Shown here one piece after another: positions 18,725-27,950 of a stretch of 64,000 bases of DNA (position 1 is its first letter; each line of letters opens with the position of its first letter). The translations under genes and the position numbers were made by a program. This stretch comes from Minisyncoccota bacterium (lineage in GTDB: Bacteria; Patescibacteriota; Minisyncoccia; Phycocordibacterales; CSBR16-193). The notes below the pieces were generated by a model. It did not search any database and was not told the DNA's origin. It saw only the letters and a list, made by a program, of their open reading frames with translations. The stretch is from assembly GCA_040905715.1 (NCBI GenBank), contig JBBDRA010000003.1:71075-135074 (forward strand), given 5' to 3'.

Positions 18725-20041
18725 TTGAGGTGTATTATTATGCTTAAGTTACCCTCTTCATCAACGCTCTATATCAGTAGTGCCTGTATTGTCATAGTAG
18801 GCGCTATTACTATGCTTATATTTGCTCCTCACTTAGAGCTTGGATCTATTGAGTACGATGCTTCCGAGGCTTCTGCGACAGGTGTGGTTTCTAGCGCAAC
18901 AAGTACACAAGGAGAGAAAGAGAAGGAAGATGATCCGGTCGAGACCGTAGCGCATGTTGAGACACCTGATTCGGTCCGAGCGATCTATATGACCACCTGC
19001 GCCGCCTCTACACCAAGTTTCCGACAGCGCCTTACTGACTTGCTCAAAACAACCGAGGTTAACTCGATCGTGATCGATATCAAGGATTACTCCGGCGGGA
19101 TCAGTTTCCCGGTGAATGACCCTGAGCTTAAGCCTGCGCAAGGGATCAATTGTTTCGTGCCGGACATGAAAGAGTTCATTGAGGAGCTTCACGAAATGGG
19201 CGTCTATGTTATCGGTCGCATCACGGTCTTTCAGGATCCGTTCTATGCCAGACGCAATCCGGACGTAGCGGTTCAGCGAGGAGACGGAAGTGTCTGGACA
19301 GACGGCAAAGGACTTAGCTTTACCGACCCGAGCGCGCGTCAGGTGTGGGAGTATACGATCACGCTTTCCCAGGAGTCGTATGCACTTGGATTTGATGAGC
19401 TGAACTATGACTACATTCGGTTCCCCTCTGACGGAAACATGAAGGACATCAAGTTTCCGGTCAGTGGCGACCGAGCCAAGGACGTAGTGATTGAAGAATT
19501 CTTTGCGTATTTGTTTGAGAAAGTAAATGACCCGGAAGTGTTCCCGAACGGCTCACCTGTCACCTCGGCTGATCTGTTCGGTATGGTAACAACGAATTAC
19601 GATCATCTCGGTATTGGCCAGGTGCTGGAGCGAGCGATGCCGTACTTTGATTATATCGCCCCAATGGTTTACCCGAGCCACTATCCAAACGGCTTCAACG
19701 GTTGGGCGAATCCAAATCATTACCCGTACGAGATCATCAAATACACCATGAGCCGTGGAGCTGACCGAGCGGTGGCAACAACCACGAGTATTGCTTTTTC
19801 CGGCGCAAAACGGATCGGCACCAGCACACCTGCCGTGTATGAAAAGGAGGTGTACGACAAAGACAAGCTTCGTCCGTGGCTTCAAGATTTTGACTATGGT
19901 GGGGACTACGGACCCGACGAAGTTCGGGCACAGATCCAAGCAACCTACGACGCCGGGCTCGACAGCTGGATGTTGTGGGACCCGGGAAACTACTACACCC
20001 GCGAGGCGCTCAAATCAGCCAGTAGTTCAGGAGGAATGTGA
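18725..20041 (+). CDS. Membrane-anchored putative glycoside hydrolase (DUF4015/COG1306-like TIM-barrel)
   Basis: It has an N-terminal TM helix. The motifs 'SIVIDIKDYSGGISF' and 'GFDELNYDYIRFPSDG' resemble the DUF4015 putative glycosyl hydrolase family. Confidence 0.4.
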   Translation: MRCIIMLKLPSSSTLYISSACIVIVGAITMLIFAPHLELGSIEYDASEASATGVVSSATSTQGEKEKEDDPVETVAHVETPDSVRAIYMTTCAASTPSFRQRLTDLLKTTEVNSIVIDIKDYSGGISFPVNDPELKPAQGINCFVPDMKEFIEELHEMGVYVIGRITVFQDPFYARRNPDVAVQRGDGSVWTDGKGLSFTDPSARQVWEYTITLSQESYALGFDELNYDYIRFPSDGNMKDIKFPVSGDRAKDVVIEEFFAYLFEKVNDPEVFPNGSPVTSADLFGMVTTNYDHLGIGQVLERAMPYFDYIAPMVYPSHYPNGFNGWANPNHYPYEIIKYTMSRGADRAVATTTSIAFSGAKRIGTSTPAVYEKEVYDKDKLRPWLQDFDYGGDYGPDEVRAQIQATYDAGLDSWMLWDPGNYYTREALKSASSSGGM

Positions 20042-20092
20042 TACCGGTAAAATTTTTCTTACAGATACTGTTTGGTGTGATAAAATGCAGAC

Positions 20093-22003
20093 ATGAGTAA
20101 TGAAGAGCGTGTAACGTACTTTGCGAAAACTGATTCACGCAATCGCCAAAAAACCTTCGGCATTAAAGCGAAGGACCGGAGCCGTCATGTCTATGTGATC
20201 GGAAAGACCGGCATGGGAAAGTCCACTCTGCTTGAGAACATGGCGATCCAGGACCTCCGCAATGGCGAGGGTATCGCTTTCATTGATCCGCACGGCAAGA
20301 CCGCTGATCTCTTGCTGGACTATGTACCGGAAGAGCGTCTCGATGATGTGGTATATTTTGCCCCGTTCGACATGGAGCATCCGCTCTCTTTCAACGTGAT
20401 GGAGGATGTCGGGGCTGATAAGCGCCACTTGGTAGCAAGTGGCTTGATGAGTAGTTTCAAAAAGATCTGGATAGACGCGTGGTCCGCACGAATGGAGTAC
20501 ATTTTAAATAACATTCTCTTAGCGCTTTTGGAGTACCCCGACTCAACCTTGATGGGAGTGAACCGAATGCTTGCTGATAAAGATTATCGAAAGAAGGTGG
20601 TAGAGAACGTCACTGACACCTCGGTCCGGGCGTTTTGGACCGATGAGTTTGCCAAGTACGGCGAGCGGTATATGCAGGAGGCCGGCGCCGCTATCCAGAA
20701 CAAGATCGGTCAGTTTATTTCCAATCCGGTCATTCGCAATATCATTGGTCAGCCACATTCCAGTTTTGATCTGCGTCGGATCATGGATGAGCGTAAGATC
20801 GTGATCATTAACCTCTCCAAGGGGCGAGTCGGCGAGACGAACGCCAACCTCTTGGGCGGTATGCTTATCACCAAAATGTATCTCTCTGCCATGTCGCGCG
20901 CCGACACTGACCCGGAGACCATGGAGAAGTTGCCGAACTTCTATCTTTTTGTGGATGAGTTCCAGTCCTTCGCCAACGAGTCCTTTGCCGACATTCTCTC
21001 CGAGGCACGTAAGTACAAGCTGAACCTCACCATGGCTCACCAGTATATCGAGCAGATGGATGAGACCGTGCGCGCCGCGGTCTTTGGCAACGTCGGTACT
21101 ATGATCACCTTCCGTGTGGGAGCATATGACGCTGAGTTCCTCGAGAAAGAATTCGAGCCGGTCTTTGATGCCAACGATCTGGTGAACCTCGGCTTTGCGC
21201 AGATCTATTTAAAGCTGATGATCGACGGTGTGTCCTCGCCGCCATTCTCAGCTATTACCTTGCCACCGTTAGAAGAAAAAGACACCTCGCACAGAAACGA
21301 GGTTATTGATGCGTCACGGGCGAACTATTCGAAGTCGCGCGAGGAGGTAGAAAAGTCTATTAACGAATGGCAAGGTATTCATGTGAAAGACTATGAAGAA
21401 TCACCGGCGGATAAGCAGCAGAAGAAGAAACCCAAAAGGGACCAGCAGAAGGATCAGCAGAAAGACCCGTCAAAAGCACAAGGTACCGACCGGCAGCGAG
21501 GGGAAGCAAGACCGCAATCACAACACTCCGGGCACAGCAACGGGGCTTCTCAAAAGCCGGCGGAAGGAAAGAGTAGCGATGAGTTGCGTGCCGCGCTTGC
21601 AGCTATCAGCAAGCAGGTAAGTCAAGGTCAGAAGACAGATCAGACGACCAATCAGAAGGAAAATAAATCTAAACAAGAGAATAGTGCTTCTCGATCGGAT
21701 CGGAAAAGACCACGAAAAGATACGTCCGGCACATCTCTCAAAGATGCGCTTAAAGAGCGAGGCCTGCTTGGTAGCAACGACTCAGCACCAAAGGAAAAAG
21801 AAGAAGTGAAAGAACAGCCGGACAAGAGCGAAAAAATGAACGAAAAGAAGAGCAAGGATGAAAGAGACAACAAAGAAAAAGATCAACAAGAGAGTATTCC
21901 GGAGGAAAAACCAAAAGAAAAGAAATTTCGAGAAGTCCCCCGAGAAGTCCTCGATGAGCTTCTTGGTGCTGACGAAGATGACCCAAAGAACGCAAAACGC
22001 TAA
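20093..22003 (+). CDS. VirD4/TraG/TraD-like (TrwB_AAD_bind-type) P-loop ATPase with a ~200-aa disordered K/E/D/Q-rich C-terminal tail
   Basis: It has Walker A 'IGKTGMGKST' and Walker B 'FYLFVDEFQSF'. Its overall architecture resembles type IV coupling proteins. The tail (residues ~440-636) is low-complexity. Confidence 0.45.
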   Translation: MSNEERVTYFAKTDSRNRQKTFGIKAKDRSRHVYVIGKTGMGKSTLLENMAIQDLRNGEGIAFIDPHGKTADLLLDYVPEERLDDVVYFAPFDMEHPLSFNVMEDVGADKRHLVASGLMSSFKKIWIDAWSARMEYILNNILLALLEYPDSTLMGVNRMLADKDYRKKVVENVTDTSVRAFWTDEFAKYGERYMQEAGAAIQNKIGQFISNPVIRNIIGQPHSSFDLRRIMDERKIVIINLSKGRVGETNANLLGGMLITKMYLSAMSRADTDPETMEKLPNFYLFVDEFQSFANESFADILSEARKYKLNLTMAHQYIEQMDETVRAAVFGNVGTMITFRVGAYDAEFLEKEFEPVFDANDLVNLGFAQIYLKLMIDGVSSPPFSAITLPPLEEKDTSHRNEVIDASRANYSKSREEVEKSINEWQGIHVKDYEESPADKQQKKKPKRDQQKDQQKDPSKAQGTDRQRGEARPQSQHSGHSNGASQKPAEGKSSDELRAALAAISKQVSQGQKTDQTTNQKENKSKQENSASRSDRKRPRKDTSGTSLKDALKERGLLGSNDSAPKEKEEVKEQPDKSEKMNEKKSKDERDNKEKDQQESIPEEKPKEKKFREVPREVLDELLGADEDDPKNAKR

Positions 22004-22021
22004 TTATATACCGTTTGGATA

Positions 22022-23356
22022 ATGTCTTGGAAGATCGCACAAACACTCATTCTTATTGCGATTTTCTCTGTGCCGGTGTTTTCACTCCAGGCAGATCATG
22101 CGATCAATATAAATACAGCGAGTGTGGAGATGCTCCAAGAGCTCACCGGTGTCGGAGAAGTAAAGGCCGGTGACATTGTTGCGTACAGAGATAATAATGG
22201 CCACTTTAGTTCGATCAGCGAGATTGAAGAAGTGAGCGGTATCGGCCCGGCAACCTTCAACGGTATAAAAGACCACATTACGGTAAGCGGTTCTTCCGAT
22301 ACTGATACAGACGACACTGATGACGACGATGATACAGATACCAAGGAGGAGGAAAACACCACGGACGACTCAAAGAGTGAAGAAGACGCAGAGAGAAGTA
22401 GTTCCAGCTCCGGCGGTAGCGATGACTACGAGAGCAAGATGGAGTCACCACTTTCGGTCTCGCTCGATCTCTCACCCTCTGTTGCTGTGGCCGGAGCCCC
22501 GGTAACCTTTATGGTCGATGCACGCATTGAAGAGAGTGAGGCAAACACAACTTCCTTTGATTGGAATCTGGGCGATGGTACCCAGGCACAGGGAAAGGAA
22601 GTGACGCATATCTATGCAGCTCCGGGTACGTACGTTGTGGTGATCAATGCTGAAACACGCACAAAAGAAGCGCGGATCAAAGAGACGATCACGGTCCACG
22701 AAGGAGGTGTATCGATACGTGACGTCTCGCTTTCTCCCGATGGGTCGATCACCCTCACCAACAATGACGTTCAGGAATATCTGCTGACCGGTTGGCATCT
22801 TTCAGCCGGTGGGCAGACATATACGATCCCCGACGATACATTCATAGCCGGAGGCAGCTCGATCACCTTGCCTTCGGTGGTTACCGGCCTGGAGCTTGCC
22901 CGGCCGGATGTCTCACTCTTGTATCCGAACGGCGATCTAGCCGATAAGTATAATACACAGGAGCCAAAACAGGCTGATGCCTCACAGACTAGATTAGAGA
23001 CCAACCCAAGCAATTCAGCGCCTGTTCAGTCGGCAGCTGAGAATGCGGTTGCCGAAGAAGAAGACGGTGAAGCGGGTGATGAAGGAGGCGGGGAAGTACG
23101 AGGCACGACAAGCGTTGCCGCTTCGGTCTCGCTTTCTGATTCATCCGGCAAGCTCTGGCCGTGGCTTGCCGGCTTGCTTGGCGTCGTTGCGCTGGGTATA
23201 CTCGGGTTTATCGTAGCAAAGCCCCAGGAGGGTCTTGAGGAAGGTCTTGTAGCCCAAGAGACAGCAGAAACAGAGATAGCAGCAGGTGATTCCGCTGATG
23301 ATTACGAGATCTTAGAGAGTCTTCCTAACGACGAGAGGCAGAAACGAAACGTATGA
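22022..23356 (+). CDS. ComEA-like helix-hairpin-helix DNA-binding protein fused to an acidic linker, a PKD domain and a lamin-tail (LTD) domain, with a C-terminal membrane anchor
   Basis: It has a signal peptide and a ComEA HhH segment 'INTASVEMLQELTGVGEVKAGDIVAYRDNNGHFSSISEIEEVSGIGPATF'. The PKD domain reads 'NLGDGTQAQGKEVTHIYAAPGTYVV' and the LTD reads 'LLTGWHLSAGGQTYTIP'. A TM helix sits at the C-terminus. Confidence 0.6.
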   Translation: MSWKIAQTLILIAIFSVPVFSLQADHAININTASVEMLQELTGVGEVKAGDIVAYRDNNGHFSSISEIEEVSGIGPATFNGIKDHITVSGSSDTDTDDTDDDDDTDTKEEENTTDDSKSEEDAERSSSSSGGSDDYESKMESPLSVSLDLSPSVAVAGAPVTFMVDARIEESEANTTSFDWNLGDGTQAQGKEVTHIYAAPGTYVVVINAETRTKEARIKETITVHEGGVSIRDVSLSPDGSITLTNNDVQEYLLTGWHLSAGGQTYTIPDDTFIAGGSSITLPSVVTGLELARPDVSLLYPNGDLADKYNTQEPKQADASQTRLETNPSNSAPVQSAAENAVAEEEDGEAGDEGGGEVRGTTSVAASVSLSDSSGKLWPWLAGLLGVVALGILGFIVAKPQEGLEEGLVAQETAETEIAAGDSADDYEILESLPNDERQKRNV

Positions 23357-24537
23357 TCGAATCTCACTTTAAAGTACTTATCGTCGTTACCCGAGGAACA
23401 GTCGGCGGAGCCCAGACCTCTGTGTTCAACCTTGCCCGCCAACTCGCTCGAAGCCCTCAGGCAGACGTGACCGTCGGCTCCGGCGAGGGAGAGCACCTGG
23501 CACTGCGCTGCCGGGCCGCCGGTATTGAGCACGTTCGATTCGAATACTTACGCCGTAGCCTTAATCCGATCTACGCCGTGCGCTCGATCGCCGAGTTTGT
23601 GCGGCACTTTAATCAAGAGCAGTACGATGTTGTACACATCAACAGCTCAAATGCACTTTTTGCCGCCCTCGCCGCAAAACTCTCAAAGAAAAAACCATGG
23701 ATCGTGTTTACATTCCGCGGTCTCTCGCTCCTCGACGAGCACTATGAGATGTCGAGCCTAAAGCGACGACTCTATATCTGGATATACCGGATCCTGCTCG
23801 CGTTCGTTGATGAGCCGGTCTTTGTGAGTTTTGAGAATTTCGAGACCGCCACGCGGATGGGGCTGGTTAAGGAAGGCGCCGGCACCGTGATCTACAACGG
23901 ACTGGACCCTGAGGAGCTTGTCTTTGAAGATCGCTCTGAGGCCCGGCAGGCGCTCGCTGAGTTATCCGGCGCGAAGATAACCGACGAGACGTTTCTTATC
24001 GGATCGATCGGCCGACTGGCGTACCAGAAGAATTATGAGTTTTTGATAGATCAAATTGCTGATCTGTCGGGTAAGCATCCTTTACTCAAAGTTGTTATTA
24101 TTGGCGATGGTCCTTTACATAAAACTATCCTTGGCCATATTCGGAGAGAAGGGCTTGAGCAAATAATATATTTGCCCGGCGAGATCCCTGAAGCTTCTCG
24201 TTATATGAGAGGTCTTGATCTTTTTGTTCTACCAAGCCGGTACGAGGGGCTTTCGGTCACCCTGATAGAGACGCTCTTTGCCGGGGTGTCGGTCCTTGCC
24301 TCGGATGTCGGTGGAGCGCGTGAGCAGTTCGAGCAAGCGCCGTTTCAGGTATATCCTTTGGATAACAGCGAAGAATTTCAGAAGCGTCTCTCGCGCTTGA
24401 TCGAGCACGCGGATGTGCGGGCCGAGCTCGCCGAGGCAAACAAAAACCGCGCAAACGATTTTCACATCAGCAAAACCGCCGCCGGGTACCGGAGCGTGTA
24501 TAATGAAGCACATAATACATCACGGTCGCAATCGTAG
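23353..24537 (+). CDS. Glycosyltransferase family 4 (GT-B, Glycos_transf_1)
   Basis: The C-terminal GT1 motif 'EGLSVTLIETLFAGVSVLASDVGGARE' is present. Its start overlaps the upstream gene's stop (ATGA). Confidence 0.7.
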   Translation: MIESHFKVLIVVTRGTVGGAQTSVFNLARQLARSPQADVTVGSGEGEHLALRCRAAGIEHVRFEYLRRSLNPIYAVRSIAEFVRHFNQEQYDVVHINSSNALFAALAAKLSKKKPWIVFTFRGLSLLDEHYEMSSLKRRLYIWIYRILLAFVDEPVFVSFENFETATRMGLVKEGAGTVIYNGLDPEELVFEDRSEARQALAELSGAKITDETFLIGSIGRLAYQKNYEFLIDQIADLSGKHPLLKVVIIGDGPLHKTILGHIRREGLEQIIYLPGEIPEASRYMRGLDLFVLPSRYEGLSVTLIETLFAGVSVLASDVGGAREQFEQAPFQVYPLDNSEEFQKRLSRLIEHADVRAELAEANKNRANDFHISKTAAGYRSVYNEAHNTSRSQS

Positions 24538-24540
24538 ATT

Positions 24541-25614
24541 ATGAACACAAAACCGAAAGCATTATATATCAGACGGGATCATTCACGTGAGCCGTTAAAA
24601 AAGAGGATCGTTTCAACATGGCGTCATTTTGCGTATTACACCGGTCAGGAAGGGTTTTTTGAAGAAGCGCTTGCGTCCCAGTTTGATGTGACAGAACAGA
24701 CCGCTGAAGCGTTTCTAAAGAGTGGAAAGAATGCTCAAGGGTACGATGCGGTTGTTGTGAATTTTAAGTGCGATCACAAAGCTATTGCGTCAGATCGATA
24801 TGAAGCAATGAGGATTATCGCTGAAGGTGTTTCAGTACCAACAGTGTTGTTTATCGGACTTGACCGCGCCGCGCATATGCCCGTTAACGAGGTTTTGGAT
24901 CAGTATGATGTTGTGGTAAAGCGAGAGCCGTTCATCGACCGCGACAGGTATTCCTTGTCAGAAAGCAATAAGCACAAGATCATCGCGTCTATGCTTTCAT
25001 GTCCGCTGTTACGCCGGGAGAAAACGCCGATCGTAAAACCGATCACATGGCTCACGAACCAGCGTCAAACCGCTCAAGAAAATGAAGCGTATAAGTATGA
25101 CGTGTTCTTTTCGGGGGCGGTCACGCGAGAGAATGATGTACGACCGGATGTATGGCGACGGGTCCTCGAGGAGCCAGACATTAACGCGTACGGCGGACTA
25201 CAGCCGAGCGCCTCACGTGATCGTCTGCCCGATCCTGAACTCGAGTTCGGCAAGCTGACACCCCAGGAGTTCATTGATACGATCCATCGTTCAAAGATAA
25301 ATCTTGCCCTCGACGGGATCGGCGAGTTCACGTACCGGCATAATGAGCTGTGGCACCTGGGTGCGTTTATGATCAGCAGTCCTTCGTTTCGTGATCTGGA
25401 GATACCGCTTCCGGCCAAAGAAGATGTACATTATGTCTCATACAACAACCTCGATGAGTTAATAGAGAAGATCCACTACTATCTCGAGCATGACGCAGAG
25501 CGGAATAAAATTGCTCACGCCGGAAAGGAGATGTTTGATCAATACTACAACCCAAAGAGTCACGGGCGAGATATAAAGCAAGCGGTAGATCAGCTGCGTA
25601 TTAGTGGAGAGTGA
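24541..25614 (+). CDS. CgeB-like glycosyltransferase-domain protein (Glyco_trans_1_2-like C-terminus)
   Basis: The C-terminal 'NNLDELIEKIHYYLEHDAERNKIAHAGKE' resembles the conserved end of the CgeB/DUF3880 family. Confidence 0.4.
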   Translation: MNTKPKALYIRRDHSREPLKKRIVSTWRHFAYYTGQEGFFEEALASQFDVTEQTAEAFLKSGKNAQGYDAVVVNFKCDHKAIASDRYEAMRIIAEGVSVPTVLFIGLDRAAHMPVNEVLDQYDVVVKREPFIDRDRYSLSESNKHKIIASMLSCPLLRREKTPIVKPITWLTNQRQTAQENEAYKYDVFFSGAVTRENDVRPDVWRRVLEEPDINAYGGLQPSASRDRLPDPELEFGKLTPQEFIDTIHRSKINLALDGIGEFTYRHNELWHLGAFMISSPSFRDLEIPLPAKEDVHYVSYNNLDELIEKIHYYLEHDAERNKIAHAGKEMFDQYYNPKSHGRDIKQAVDQLRISGE

Positions 25615-26005
25615 TGATATAGTATCGACTATGGAAACAGGAGCACTCGCCATATCCACAATCATATTTCTAAGTGTTTGTTTGTTCTTATTGGTTAATA
25701 ACAAAAGATTGCGTGATGAACTTCGACGAGTGGAGAAAGAGAAGCAAGAAGAGGAAGAATCATTTGAACGGTCAGGTGGTTTAGAGGAATATCACGCTGA
25801 ACGTCAGCGAGTGAAAGATGAGCGCAAAGATAGCATTCTTGTTCTTTTCGAGGGCAAGAAGAAGATCAAGAACGCTGACGTTGTGAATGTGTTGGATGTA
25901 TCCTCGGCAACAGCGACCCGGTATTTGGATGAGTTGGAGGAAGAAGGACGTATTCAACAGAATGGCACAACCGGAAGAAGCGTGGTATACGTAGCGGTAA
26001 AATAA
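25604..26005 (+). CDS. Small membrane-anchored protein with a coiled-coil and a C-terminal winged-helix (HTH)-like domain
   Basis: It has an N-terminal TM helix and a charged coiled-coil. The C-terminal 'VVNVLDVSSATATRYLDELEEEGRIQQNGTTGRSVVY' looks like a wHTH. The true start may be the ATG at 25631. Confidence 0.35.
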   Translation: MESDDIVSTMETGALAISTIIFLSVCLFLLVNNKRLRDELRRVEKEKQEEEESFERSGGLEEYHAERQRVKDERKDSILVLFEGKKKIKNADVVNVLDVSSATATRYLDELEEEGRIQQNGTTGRSVVYVAVK

Positions 26006-26045
26006 ACAGCTCACATTGCTTGTGAGCCGTTTAGAAAGCCTATAT

Positions 26046-27239
26046 ATGGCGGAAAACCAACAAAAACCAAAGATACTGATCGTTATTAGCAACCTCGAAG
26101 TCGGTGGTGGTGCTCAGCGGGTTGCATCTACAGTCGGGAACGAACTGAGTGATAAGGGCTTTGAGACGCATCTGCTTACGTTCTATGAATATCCGCAGAC
26201 GTATCCGTATTACGGGGTTTATTATAGTAGGCATGAGAAGCCAAAGAAATTCAGTAAACCGATAAAAGCAGTGATGCGGGTTTGGGATATTGCACAGTAT
26301 TGTAAACGACATAATATACAAACGACAGTAGCCTTCCTTGAAGAGGCGAGTTTTTATTCCATACTAACGAAGCTTTTTTTCAACAGAAGTAGAATAATAG
26401 TTTCAGTGAGAAACAATCCTCATTATAGAAACACATTATATAAAGTCTTAATGCGGCTCCTATATCCATTTGCTGACAGAGTGATCTCTGTCACAAGAGG
26501 TATTGAAGAGATCCTAAAAAAAGATTATAAATTAACGAACACAGCGACGATATATAATCCGATTGATAAAGAGATGATAGAAAAAAGAGCAGAAAACCCC
26601 CTTCCGGAAGAATTTCGCTGGGTAGAAAATAGAACACCTTTATTTATATCTATAGGACGTTTGGTCCAACAAAAAGGTCAATGGCATCTCGTACGCGCGT
26701 TTCAAAAAGTTGTGGAAAAAAATAATGATGCAACGCTTGTCCTTGTCGGGGATGGGAAATTGAAAGATAAACTAAAAAAACTCATTGCTGATTGCGGCTT
26801 GAATAATAATGTTTTTTTGTTCGGAAAACAGAGCAACGTTTTTTCTTTTCTTAAAGCAAGTGATGTATTCATATTTAGTTCTCTCTGGGAAGGGATGCCT
26901 AACACGGTACTTGAAGCTCTTGCAGTCAATTTGCCGGTTGTCACAACTGATTGTGCTACTGGTCCGCGTGAGATCATCGCGCCGGAGCTTGGTATTTTTG
27001 AAAATATTACATACCCCTACATGACACAGTATGGTATTTTGACCATGCCGCTTGGTTTTGAACAAATTTGGGAAAGCAGTGAATCATGCGCATTGACGCA
27101 AGAGGAGAAAGTATTTGCTGATGCTATGATACAGATCTTAGAAAAACCGCTCAAAGATCGGCTAACCGGTCTTAAGGCGTTTCAAATGAATTCTGTTATT
27201 GAGCAGTGGTGTAGAGTAGTTAGCGAGAAGGAGGAATAA
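26046..27239 (+). CDS. Glycosyltransferase family 4
   Basis: The N-terminal 'ILIVISNLEVGGGAQRVA' and C-terminal 'EGMPNTVLEALAVNLPVVTTDCATGPREI' are GT4 motifs. The ORF track starts at 26016, but the ATG at 26046 is preferred. Confidence 0.7.
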   Translation: MAENQQKPKILIVISNLEVGGGAQRVASTVGNELSDKGFETHLLTFYEYPQTYPYYGVYYSRHEKPKKFSKPIKAVMRVWDIAQYCKRHNIQTTVAFLEEASFYSILTKLFFNRSRIIVSVRNNPHYRNTLYKVLMRLLYPFADRVISVTRGIEEILKKDYKLTNTATIYNPIDKEMIEKRAENPLPEEFRWVENRTPLFISIGRLVQQKGQWHLVRAFQKVVEKNNDATLVLVGDGKLKDKLKKLIADCGLNNNVFLFGKQSNVFSFLKASDVFIFSSLWEGMPNTVLEALAVNLPVVTTDCATGPREIIAPELGIFENITYPYMTQYGILTMPLGFEQIWESSESCALTQEEKVFADAMIQILEKPLKDRLTGLKAFQMNSVIEQWCRVVSEKEE

Positions 27240-27933
27240 TATCGAGTCGTGGCCGTTCAGTTCTTCGATCGTTTTCTACGGACTGTTCGTCTCGCCGTAA
27301 GGCGATCGTGTTTTTACAGCTATCAATTACATACCAGTGGCCGCCTGCAAGCAGTTCGCCAACAACTCGAGTAACGCCCGAAAAAGAAATGTGATCATCA
27401 AATATGAGACAGCCTCCATCTCTTACGTACGGTGCGAATTTATCTGCATCCTTGCGGCAGGCTTCATATGAGTGATCTGCATCAATAAAGACAAGGTCAA
27501 ATGTACTATTTTCTGGAACAGCAACATGATGACTGTTCCCTTGTATCGTTTTGATTATATCTTTCCAGGGATCAGTTGTTTCCTGGAAGGATTCAAATGT
27601 ATCCTGTTGTCCTTCAGACATTGCATCGTTATTCCAAGTATCAATGCAGTACAAAAACACGGATGTTTCAGGGTTTCTCTTGCTATCTATAAGACCTTGT
27701 GCAATAACCGCAGTTGACGCGCCTCGGTAGGATCCAATTTCAAGTGCAACTCCAAGCTTGTGGTGATTGATCATCATGCGGTACAAAAAAAGCCGCTCTT
27801 CAGTGTTCGTTGTTCCTTTTGCTTTACTTGCACTGCCGACAATTCTCCCAAGTTGTTTTAAGGGAAAAAAAGTTGTTAGGTAGTGATTGTAAAATCTCCG
27901 AATTTTATTTTTTATTTTTTTTATAAATTTCAT
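27220..27933 (-). CDS. Class I SAM-dependent methyltransferase (Methyltransf_24 / O-MTase-like)
   Basis: It carries 'LEIGSYRGASTAVIAQG' and 'FDLVFIDADHSYEA', typical of the Methyltransf_24 / OMT family 3. Confidence 0.55.
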   Translation of the reverse strand: MKFIKKIKNKIRRFYNHYLTTFFPLKQLGRIVGSASKAKGTTNTEERLFLYRMMINHHKLGVALEIGSYRGASTAVIAQGLIDSKRNPETSVFLYCIDTWNNDAMSEGQQDTFESFQETTDPWKDIIKTIQGNSHHVAVPENSTFDLVFIDADHSYEACRKDADKFAPYVRDGGCLIFDDHISFSGVTRVVGELLAGGHWYVIDSCKNTIALRRDEQSVENDRRTERPRLDIIPPSR

Positions 27934-27950
27934 GTTTGTTTTGTAAGGTT

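Noticed and set aside
21400-21900. Short imperfect nucleotide repeats that could be mistaken for a CRISPR or tandem-repeat array.
   Set aside because: The repeats are in frame within the ATPase ORF and encode a K/E/D/Q-rich low-complexity tail. They lack the regular repeat-spacer architecture, so this is not a CRISPR. No CRISPR-like array was seen anywhere in the window.
22290-22430. GAT/GAC/ACA-rich microsatellite-like stretch.
   Set aside because: It encodes the Asp/Thr-rich acidic linker (DTDTDDTDDDDDTDTKEEE) of the ComEA-PKD-LTD protein, so it is coding low-complexity sequence and not a non-coding repeat.
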